A DNA stretch of 64,000 nt, taken from NCBI GenBank assembly GCA_040954595.2, contig CM082594.2:1878247-1942246 (forward strand). Direction: 5' to 3'. The notes under the pieces are model-generated. The model saw only the letters and a list, made by a program, of their open reading frames with translations. It had not been told where the DNA came from and ran no database searches. The position numbers and the translations under genes were made by a program. Shown here piece after piece: positions 53,897-64,000 of the stretch. Origin of the DNA: Balanoglossus misakiensis (Eukaryota > Animalia > Hemichordata). The first letter of the stretch is position 1, and each line of letters starts with the position of its first letter.

Positions 53897-54840
53897 AAAC
53901 ACTGCTTGAATTTCTACGATTATTAAGCAAACGGAAGCTGCACTAACACATAGGCGTACACACAGAGCACGCGGCACGATAATTGTGTGCGTGGCCAGCT
54001 GATTGACCGACCCGATCTTATAATTTATATGGGAGAGAGCGGTTTTGTCTTGTTATATCCTACAAAAAGTGACCATATTAAAGTGGAGAAATAATGACCT
54101 GATAATTTGTGTGGCCGATCGACCGTCCCTATCTAAGGCCTATATTGGTATGTTATGCAAGACACACTATTCGAAATAACGCCTGTCCGACAGTCCGAGA
54201 CTGGTTGTTTTTCCATCAGACTGATAGTAAAAAAGTTACCAGTCCGGCGGACAGGTTGAATTTAGCGTGGAGTTGACTTGTTTGCGGTATCATAGACGTA
54301 CGTGACCCCATCGTGACCCTGGCTGTCCGGGATAGCACCACCAACGATATCTTTTAGACCATCCTCTGTTTATTAGGCCCCTATTGCAATTAATTACCGT
54401 CCCTATCTTATATTGGAGGGAACGGGTTTGTCTTGGCATGTTATGCAAAACACTTGAAAGATGAATTTTGTTTTTAAAAAATGACGTTTATGACATACAG
54501 ATGTAACCGACCCCATAGGGTCCCAATGGTATATTAACATCATACACCAAATTGGACTTAAAAACCAAAAATTGAAAGCCGCTGGAGTTTCTGCGACTAT
54601 GAACTCACGTAAGCTGGACACTACTCACTCCGAGCCCGACCTGGTAATTTGTATGTTGTCCATCGAGCGCCTATAGCTTAGAGTTATACAGGAGAGAACG
54701 GTTTATGAAGTTATGTTCAACAAAAATATATGATCATGGAATTAAAGAATTTGGAGAAAAAAAATATAATTAAAAATGGACGTTTACGACGACAAAAAGG
54801 AAGACTGTTTAATGCAAAAGTTAAGAAACAGGAAAAATTC

Positions 54841-54960
54841 AAGCCTACGGCACGTGGTATTCCCAGGTGGTCACCCATCCAAGTACTAACCACGCCCAAC
54901 GCAGCTTAACTTCGGTGATCGGACGAGAACCGGTGTATTCGACGTGGTATGGCCGTAGGC
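54841..54960 (-). rRNA. RNA5S: 5S rRNA (G93A variant)
   Basis: Array copy with GACCACC. Confidence 0.96.
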
Positions 54961-55904
54961 AAACACTGCTTGAATTTCTACGATTATTAAGCAACCGGAA
55001 GCTTCACTAACACATAGGCGTACACACAGAGCACGCGGCACGATAATTGTGTGCGTGGCCAGCTGATTGACCGACCCGATCTTATAATTTATATGGGAGA
55101 GAGCGGTTTTGTCTTGTTATATCCTACAAAAAGTGACCATATTAAAGTGGAGAAATAATGACCTGATAATTTGTGTGGCCGATCGACCGTCCCTATCTAA
55201 GGCCTATATTGGTATGTTATGCAAGACACACTATTCGAAATAACGCCTGTCCGACAGTCCGAGACTGGTTGTTTTTCCATCAGACTGATAGTAAAAAAGT
55301 TACCAGTCCGGCGGACAGGTTGAATTTAGCGTGGAGTTGACTTGTTTGCGGTATCATAGACGTACGTGACCCCATCGTGACCCTGGCTGTCCGGGATAGC
55401 ACCACCAACGATATCTTTTAGACCATCCTCTGTTTATTAGGCCCCTATTGCAATTAATTACCGTCCCTATCTTATATTGGAGGGAACGGGTTTGTCTTGG
55501 CATGTTATGCAAAACACTTGAAAGATGAATTTTGTTTTTAAAAAATGACGTTTATGACATACAGATGTAACCGACCCCATAGGGTCCCAATGGTATATTA
55601 ACATCATACACCAAATTGGACTTAAAAACCAAAAATTGAAAGCAGCTGGAGTTTCTGCGACTATGAACTCACGTAAGCTGGACACTACTCACTCCGAGCC
55701 CGACCTGGTAATTTGTATGTTGTCCATCGAGCGCCTATAGCTTAGAGTTATACAGGAGAGAACGGTTTATGAAGTTATGTTCAACAAAAATATATGATCA
55801 TGGAATTAAAGAATTTGGAGAAAAAAAATATAATTAAAAATGGACGTTTACGACGACAAAAAGGAAGACTGTTTAATGCAAAAGTTAAGAAACAGGAAAA
55901 ATTC

Positions 55905-56024
55905 AAGCCTACGGCACGTGGTATTCCCAGGCGGTCACCCATCCAAGTACTAACCACGCCCAACGCAGCTTAACTTCGGTGATCGGACGAGAACCGGTGT
56001 ATTCGACGTGGTATGGCCGTAGGC
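55905..56024 (-). rRNA. RNA5S: 5S rRNA
   Basis: Array copy. Confidence 0.97.
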
Positions 56025-56968
56025 AAACACTGCTTGAATTTCTACGATTATTAAGCAAACGGAAGCTTCACTAACACATAGGCGTACACACAGAGCACGC
56101 GGCACGATAATTGTGTGCGTGGCCAGCTGATTGACCGACCCGATCTTATAATTTATATGGGAGAGAGCGGTTTTGTCTTGTTATATCCTACAAAAAGTGA
56201 CCATATTAAAGTGGAGAAATAATGACCTGATAATTTGTGTGGCCGATCGACCGTCCCTATCTAAGGCCTATATTGGTATGTTATGCAAGACACACTATTC
56301 GAAATAACGCCTGTCCGACAGTCCGAGACTGGTTGTTTTTCCATCAGACTGATAGTAAAAAAGTTACCAGTCCGGCGGACAGGTTGAATTTAGCGTGGAG
56401 TTGACTTGTTTGCGGTATCATAGACGTACGTGACCCCATCGTGACCCTGGCTGTCCGGGATAGCACCACCAACGATATCTTTTAGACCATCCTCTGTTTA
56501 TTAGGCCCCTATTGCAATTAATTACCATCCCTATCTTATATTGGAGGGAACGGGTTTGTCTTGGCATGTTATGCAAAACACTTGAAAGATGAATTTTGTT
56601 TTTAAAAAATGACGTTTATGACATACAGATGTAACCGACCCCATAGGGTCCCAATGGTATATTAACATCATACACCAAATTGGACTTAAAAACCAAAAAT
56701 TGAAAGCCGCTGGAGTTTCTGCGACTATGAACTCACGTAAGCTGGACACTACTCACTCCGAGCCCGACCTGGTAATTTGTATGTTGTCCATCGAGCGCCT
56801 ATAGCTTAGAGTTATACAGGAGAGAACGGTTTATGAAGTTATGTTCAACAAAAATATATGATCATGGAATTAAAGAATTTGGAGAAAAAAAATATAATTA
56901 AAAATGGACGTTTACGACGACAAAAAGGAAGACTGTTTAATGCAAAAGTTAAGAAACAGGAAAAATTC

Positions 56969-57088
56969 AAGCCTACGGCACGTGGTATTCCCAGGCGGTC
57001 ACCCATCCAAGTACTAACCACGCCCAACGCAGCTTAACTTCGGTGATCGGACGAGAACCGGTGTATTCGACGTGGTATGGCCGTAGGC
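56969..57088 (-). rRNA. RNA5S: 5S rRNA
   Basis: Array copy. Confidence 0.97.
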
Positions 57089-58032
57089 AAACACTGCTTG
57101 AATTTCTACGATTATTAAGCAAACGGAAGCTTCACTAACACATAGGCGTACACACAGAGCACGCGGCACGATAATTGTGTGCGTGGCCAGCTGATTGACC
57201 GACCCGATCTTATAATTTATATGGGAGAGAGCGGTTTTGTCTTGTTATATCCTACAAAAAGTGACCATATTAAAGTGGAGAAATAATGACCTGATAATTT
57301 GTGTGGCCGATCGACCGTCCCTATCTAAGGCCTATATTGGTATGTTATGCAAGACACACTATTCGAAATAACGCCTGTCCGACAGTCCGAGACTGGTTGT
57401 TTTTCCATCAGACTGATAGTAAAAAAATTACCAGTCCGGCGGACAGGTTGAATTTAGCGTGGAGTTGACTTGTTTGCGGTATCATAGACGTACGTGACCC
57501 CATCGTGACCCTGGCTGTCCGGGATAGCACCACCAACGATATCTTTTAGACCATCCTCTGTTTATTAGGCCCCTATTGCAATTAATTACCGTCCCTATCT
57601 TATATTGGAGGGAACGGGTTTGTCTTGGCATGTTATGCAAAACACTTGAAAGATGAATTTTGTTTTAAAAAAATGACGTTTATGACATACAGATGTAACC
57701 GACCCCATAGGGTCCCAATGGTATATTAACATCATACACCAAATTGGACTTAAAAACCAAAAATTGAAAGCCGCTGGAGTTTCTGCGACTATGAACTCAC
57801 GTAAGCTGGACACTACTCACTCCGAGCCCGACCTGGTAATTTGTATGTTGTCCATCGAGCGCCTATAGCTTAGAGTTATACAGGAGAGAACGGTTTATGA
57901 AGTTATGTTCAACAAAAATATATGATCATGGAATTAAAGAATTTGGAGAAAAAAAATATAATTAAAAATGGACGTTTACGACGACAAAAAGGAAGACTGT
58001 TTAATGCAAAAGTTAAGAAACAGGAAAAATTC

Positions 58033-58152
58033 AAGCCTACGGCACGTGGTATTCCCAGGCGGTCACCCATCCAAGTACTAACCACGCCCAACGCAGCTTA
58101 ACTTCGGTGATCGGACGAGAACCGGTGTATTCGACGTGGTATGGCCGTAGGC
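58033..58152 (-). rRNA. RNA5S: 5S rRNA
   Basis: Array copy. Confidence 0.97.
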
Positions 58153-58939
58153 AAACACTGCTTGAATTTCTACGATTATTAAGCAACCGGAAGCTTCACT
58201 AACACATAGGCGTACACACAGAGCACGCGGCACGATAATTGTGTGCGTGGCCAGCTGATTGACCGACCCGATCTTATAATTTATATGGGAGAGAGCGGTT
58301 TTGTCTTGTTATATCCTACAAAAAGTGACCATATTAAAGTGGAGAAATAATGACCTGATAATTTGTGTGGCCGATCGACCGTCCCTATCTAAGGCCTATA
58401 TTGGTATGTTATGCAAGACACACTATTCGAAATAACGCCTGTCCGACAGTCCGAGACTGGTTGTTTTTCCATCAGACTGATAGTAAAAAAGTTACCAGTC
58501 CGGCGGACAGGTTGAATTTAGCGTGGAGTTGACTTGTTTGCGGTATCATAGACGTACGTGACCCCATCGTGACCCTGGCTGTCCGGGATAGCACCACCAA
58601 CGATATCTTTTAGACCATCCTCTGTTTATTAGGCCCCTATTGCAATTAATTACCGTCCCTATCTTATATTGGAGGGAACGGGTTTGTCTTGGCATGTTAT
58701 GCAAAACACTTGAAAGATGAATTTTGTTTTTAAAAAATGACGTTTATGACATACAGATGTAACCGACCCCATAGGGTCCCAATGGTATATTAACATCATA
58801 CACCAAATTGGACTTAAAAACCAAAAATTGAAAGCCGCTGGAGTTTCTGCGACTATGAACTCACGTAAGCTGGACACTACTCACTCCGAGCCCGACCTGG
58901 TAATTTGTATGTTGTCCATCGAGCGCCTATAGCTTAGAG

Positions 58940-60637
58940 TTAGGTTAGGTTAGGTTAGGCAGGTACTGAACGCAGGCTTGTGAGCCTCTATATTCAGCTC
59001 CATATCATTCCATTGTGGAGGTAGTTTTGTCCGATCTGGTTTGCATGATGTAGGGTTCGGAGTAGTTGTATTTCATTGGCTGTGTTGCCAGAAAAATGTC
59101 AAGACGATTCTTGAAGGTGTTCACAGAGTTTGCGGTGACAACTTGGGCTGGTAGGTTGTTCCAGATTGCAGCTATCCTATTTGTGAAAAAATTTCTTCTA
59201 GTGTTCAGTTTGCAGTGTCCTATGTCAACTTTCAGCGGATGACCTCTGGTGTGTTTGTGCGAACTGAGACGGAATAGTCCTTCCGATACTCGGCAGTCAT
59301 AAACGCCACTCAAGATTTTAAAAGTTTCAATGAGGTCGCCACGTAGTCTTCGATATGAAAGTGATGGTAGATCAAGTAACTTGAGACGTTCTTCATAAGA
59401 AATATTTTTGAGTCCGGGCAGCAGTTTAGTTGCTCTGCGTTGAACGTTCTCAATACAGTCAATATCCTTTGCTTTATGCGGATTCCACACACAACCGCCA
59501 TATTCCAGAATAGGGCGAACTAAAGCTATAAATAGTAGCTTGAAAATGTCGTTATTGAGATAGTTAAAAGTTCTCCTGATGAGTCCAACAATTTTATTGG
59601 CTTTGTTCACTTGGGTTTGGATGTGCTTCTCAAAATTTAGGTTACTGTCCACTATGACGCCAATGTCTTTTTCATACTTAACAATTTCTAAAGTGGTATT
59701 TGTTCCATCTGGACGGCACATATTGTAAGAAGTAGTATTTGTTGACTTATTTTTGCTATGAATTGGTAAAACTTTGCACTTGTCAGGGTGAAATTTAAGC
59801 AGCCAATCGTTGCTCCAATGGGAAAGACGAGATAAGTCACTCTGAATTTGTGATGAGTCAGCAGCTGTCTTGATCACATTGTAGATTTTTGTGTCGTCAG
59901 CAAATAAATATACATTGGATGCTACACAATCAGGTAGATCGTTAATGAAAATAACAAATAGGATGGGTCCGAGTACAGATCCTTGCGGGACACCACTAAT
60001 AACATGGTGCCACGAGGAAAATTGGCCATTCACACAAACACGTTGACTGCGGTTTCTCAAGAACTCCTGAATCCAGTTGCAGGTTGTGGGGCTAATACCG
60101 TAATGGGTTAACTTGACAAGGAGACGTTTATGAGAAACCTTATCAAATGCCTTCATAAAATCCATATACACAGCGTTTATTATACCACCATCGTCAAGAA
60201 TACTGGTCCAGTGATCCAGGACTTTGAGAAGTTGTAATGTAGTTGATCTACCACTTATGAAACCAAACTGCTTGTTACTGAATAGATCATGTTTATCCAT
60301 ATGCGAGACGATTTTCTTTCGAACAAGTTTCTCCATTGTCTTACAAATGATACTGGTCAAGCTGATAGGTCTGTAATTAGACGGAGATTTCTTGTTTCCC
60401 TTCTTGAAGAGCGCTGATATTTGAGCTTCTTTCCAAGCTTTCGGTACAACACCAGAAAAGAAGGATTTGTTGAAAATAATAGTAAGTGGTAAATCAATAA
60501 TGTAAGCAAGTGCATTCAAAATTTTGGGATGAACTCCATCAGGGCCAGGAGATTTTGTCACATCAAGATGCAGAAGGAATTTCCTTACTTCTAACTTTGT
60601 AAAAGGACTGTCACTGGAGATGATGTCTTCGTGGTTG
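58940..60637 (-). mobile_element. 5'-truncated CR1-clade non-LTR retrotransposon, copy 1
   Basis: Open RT ORF, 45-nt 3' UTR with a stem-loop and a (CCTAA)4 tail. No TSD; 192 bp of target are deleted. Confidence 0.92.
59005..60637 (-). CDS. CR1-type reverse transcriptase (endonuclease domain missing through truncation)
   Basis: KSPGPDG, NYRPISLTS, QFGF, YMDFMKAFDKV, SGVPQGSVLGP, LFADD, and the CR1-type C-terminus HTRGH..RRNFF.NR....WNNLP. Confidence 0.92.
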
Positions 60638-60719
60638 CCAAGTACTAACCACGCCCAACGCAGCTTAACTTCGGTGATCGGACGAGAACCGGTGTATTCG
60701 ACGTGGTATGGCCGTAGGC
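60638..60719 (-). pseudogene. Truncated 5S gene (nt 1-82) fused to the CR1 5' end
   Basis: ...TTAGTACTTGG|CAACCACGAAG on the - strand. Confidence 0.92.
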
Positions 60720-61663
60720 AAACACTGCTTGAATTTCTACGATTATTAAGCAAACGGAAGCTTCACTAACACATAGGCGTACACACAGAGCACGCGGCAC
60801 GATAATTGTGTGCGTGGCCAGCTGATTGACCGACCCGATCTTATAATTTATATGGGAGAGAGCGGTTTTGTCTTGTTATATCCTACAAAAAGTGACCATA
60901 TTAAAGTGGAGAAATAATGACCTGATAATTTGTGTGGCCGATCGACCGTCCCTATCTAAGGCCTATATTGGTATGTTATGCAAGACACACTATTCGAAAT
61001 AACGCCTGTCCGACAGTCCGAGACTGGTTGTTTTTCCATCAGACTGATAGTAAAAAAATTACCAGTCCGGCGGACAGGTTGAATTTAGCGTGGAGTTGAC
61101 TTGTTTGCGGTATCATAGACGTACGTGACCCCATCGTGACCCTGGCTGTCCGGGATAGCACCACCAACGATATCTTTTAGACCATCCTCTGTTTATTAGG
61201 CCCCTATTGCAATTAATTACCGTCCCTATCTTATATTGGAGGGAACGGGTTTGTCTTGGCATGTTATGCAAAACACTTGAAAGATGAATTTTGTTTTAAA
61301 AAAATGACGTTTATGACATACAGATGTAACCGACCCCATAGGGTCCCAATGGTATATTAACATCATACACCAAATTGGACTTAAAAACCAAAAATTGAAA
61401 GCCGCTGGAGTTTCTGCGACTATGAACTCACGTAAGCTGGACACTACTCACTCCGAGCCCGACCTGGTAATTTGTATGTTGTCCATCGAGCGCCTATAGC
61501 TTAGAGTTATACAGGAGTGAACGGTTTATGAAGTTATGTTCAACAAAAATATATGATCATGGAATTAAAGAATTTGGAGAAAAAAAATATAATTAAAAAT
61601 GGACGTTTACGACGACAAAAAGGAAGACTGTTTAATGCAAAAGTTAAGAAACAGGAAAAATTC

Positions 61664-61783
61664 AAGCCTACGGCACGTGGTATTCCCAGGTGGTCACCCA
61701 TCCAAGTACTAACCACGCCCAACGCAGCTTAACTTCGGTGATCGGACGAGAACCGGTGTATTCGACGTGGTATGGCCGTAGGC
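61664..61783 (-). rRNA. RNA5S: 5S rRNA (G93A variant)
   Basis: Array copy with GACCACC. Confidence 0.96.
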
Positions 61784-62570
61784 AAACACTGCTTGAATTT
61801 CTACGATTATTAAGCAACCGGAAGCTTCACTAACACATAGGCGTACACACAGAGCACGCGGCACGATAATTGTGTGCGTGGCCAGCTGATTGACCGACCC
61901 GATCTTATAATTTATATGGGAGAGAGCGGTTTTGTCTTGTTATATCCTACAAAAAGTGACCATATTAAAGTGGAGAAATAATGACCTGATAATTTGTGTG
62001 GCCGATCGACCGTCCCTATCTAAGGCCTATATTGGTATGTTATGCAAGACACACTATTCGAAATAACGCCTGTCCGACAGTCCGAGACTGGTTGTTTTTC
62101 CATCAGACTGATAGTAAAAAAGTTACCAGTCCGGCGGACAGGTTGAATTTAGCGTGGAGTTGACTTGTTTGCGGTATCATAGACGTACGTGACCCCATCG
62201 TGACCCTGGCTGTCCGGGATAGCACCACCAACGATATCTTTTAGACCATCCTCTGTTTATTAGGCCCCTATTGCAATTAATTACCGTCCCTATCTTATAT
62301 TGGAGGGAACGGGTTTGTCTTGGCATGTTATGCAAAACACTTGAAAGATGAATTTTGTTTTTAAAAAATGACGTTTATGACATACAGATGTAACCGACCC
62401 CATAGGGTCCCAATGGTATATTAACATCATACACCAAATTGGACTTAAAAACCAAAAATTGAAAGCCGCTGGAGTTTCTGCGACTATGAACTCACGTAAG
62501 CTGGACACTACTCACTCCGAGCCCGACCTGGTAATTTGTATGTTGTCCATCGAGCGCCTATAGCTTAGAG

Positions 62571-64000
62571 TTAGGTTAGGTTAGGTTAGGCAGGTACTGA
62601 ACGCAGGCTTGTGAGCCTCTATATTCAGCTCCATATCATTCCATTGTGGAGGTAGTTTTGTCCGATCTGGTTTGCATGATGTAGGGTTCGGAGTAGTTGT
62701 ATTTCATTGGCTGTGTTGCCAGAAAAATGTCAAGACGATTCTTGAAGGTGTTCACAGAGTTTGCGGTGACAACTTGGGCTGGTAGGTTGTTCCAGATTGC
62801 AGCTATCCTATTTGTGAAAAAATTTCTTCTAGTGTTCAGTTTGCAGTGTCCTATGTCAACTTTCAGCGGATGACCTCTGGTGTGTTTGTGCGAACTGAGA
62901 CGGAATAGTCCTTCCGATACTCGGCAGTCATAAACGCCACTCAAGATTTTAAAAGTTTCAATGAGGTCGCCACGTAGTCTTCGATATGAAAGTGATGGTA
63001 GATCAAGTAACTTGAGACGTTCTTCATAAGAAATATTTTTGAGTCCGGGCAGCAGTTTAGTTGCTCTGCGTTGAACGTTCTCAATACAGTCAATATCCTT
63101 TGCTTTATGCGGATTCCACACACAACCGCCATATTCCAGAATAGGGCGAACTAAAGCTATAAATAGTAGCTTGAAAATGTCGTTATTGAGATAGTTAAAA
63201 GTTCTCCTGATGAGTCCAACAATTTTATTGGCTTTGTTCACTTGGGTTTGGATGTGCTTCTCAAAATTTAGGTTACTGTCCACTATGACGCCAATGTCTT
63301 TTTCATACTTAACAATTTCTAAAGTGGTATTTGTTCCATCTGGACGGCACATATTGTAAGAAGTAGTATTTGTTGACTTATTTTTGCTATGAATTGGTAA
63401 AACTTTGCACTTGTCAGGGTGAAATTTAAGCAGCCAATCGTTGCTCCAATGGGAAAGACGAGATAAGTCACTCTGAATTTGTGATGAGTCAGCAGCTGTC
63501 TTGATCACATTGTAGATTTTTGTGTCGTCAGCAAATAAATATACATTGGATGCTACACAATCAGGTAGATCGTTAATGAAAATAACAAATAGGATGGGTC
63601 CGAGTACAGATCCTTGCGGGACACCACTAATAACATGGTGCCACGAGGAAAATTGGCCATTCACACAAACACGTTGACTGCGGTTTCTCAAGAACTCCTG
63701 AATCCAGTTGCAGGTTGTGGGGCTAATACCGTAATGGGTTAACTTGACAAGGAGACGTTTATGAGAAACCTTATCAAATGCCTTCATAAAATCCATATAC
63801 ACAGCGTTTATTATACCACCATCGTCAAGAATACTGGTCCAGTGATCCAGGACTTTGAGAAGTTGTAATGTAGTTGATCTACCACTTATGAAACCAAACT
63901 GCTTGTTACTGAATAGATCATGTTTATCCATATGCGAGACGATTTTCTTTCGAACAAGTTTCTCCATTGTCTTACAAATGATACTGGTCAAGCTGATAGG
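62571..64000 (-). mobile_element. CR1-clade retrotransposon, copy 2 (5' end outside window); RT ORF 62636->64000
   Basis: Same junction AGCTTAGAG(TTAGG)4CAGG. The RT translation is identical to copy 1 over the overlap. Confidence 0.92.

Larger units (their letters stand above)
39457..64000 (-). repeat. 5S rDNA tandem array, 1064-bp unit
   Basis: Near-identical units at a 1064-bp period (one of 1063 bp, one of 1056 bp). The array extends beyond the window. Confidence 0.98.

Noticed and set aside
58940-58959. (TTAGG)4 as an interstitial telomere or a TRAS/SART target
   Set aside because: It is absent from uninserted units and lies directly after the CR1 3' UTR, so it is best read as the element's tail. 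The RT is CR1-like rather than R1-like.
60638-60753. N-terminal 39 aa of the 582-aa ORF as genuine protein
   Set aside because: It is translated 5S gene and flank beginning at TTG, not retrotransposon sequence.
39830-62508. Recurrent 60-aa and 72-aa ORFs in the array
   Set aside because: They are chance frames across the 5S gene and spacer, repeated only because the unit is repeated.

Overview
AT-rich animal genomic DNA; the gene families and repeats suggest a marine invertebrate, possibly a deuterostome (inference). From left to right: (1) three copies of an unidentified structured element with covarying stems, upstream of a terminal SLCO/OATP exon; (2) a 4-exon fibrinogen-related (FReD) lectin gene and a pentraxin-domain exon; (3) a 15.6-kb Academ-like DNA transposon with ~1.45-kb TIRs. 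It contains nested Helentron-like elements, an ISL2EU-like THAP/SWIM-YqaJ element and a MITE; (4) a damaged SMB/Cys-repeat family-B 7TM receptor gene; (5) a His-Me finger (I-PpoI-like) nuclease exon; (6) from ~39457 to the window end, a 1064-bp 5S rDNA tandem array on the - strand with 19 full genes and 1 truncated gene. Two CR1-clade RT copies, identical by eye, sit at the same spacer nucleotide. The first replaces 192 bp and is fused to 5S nt 1-82.
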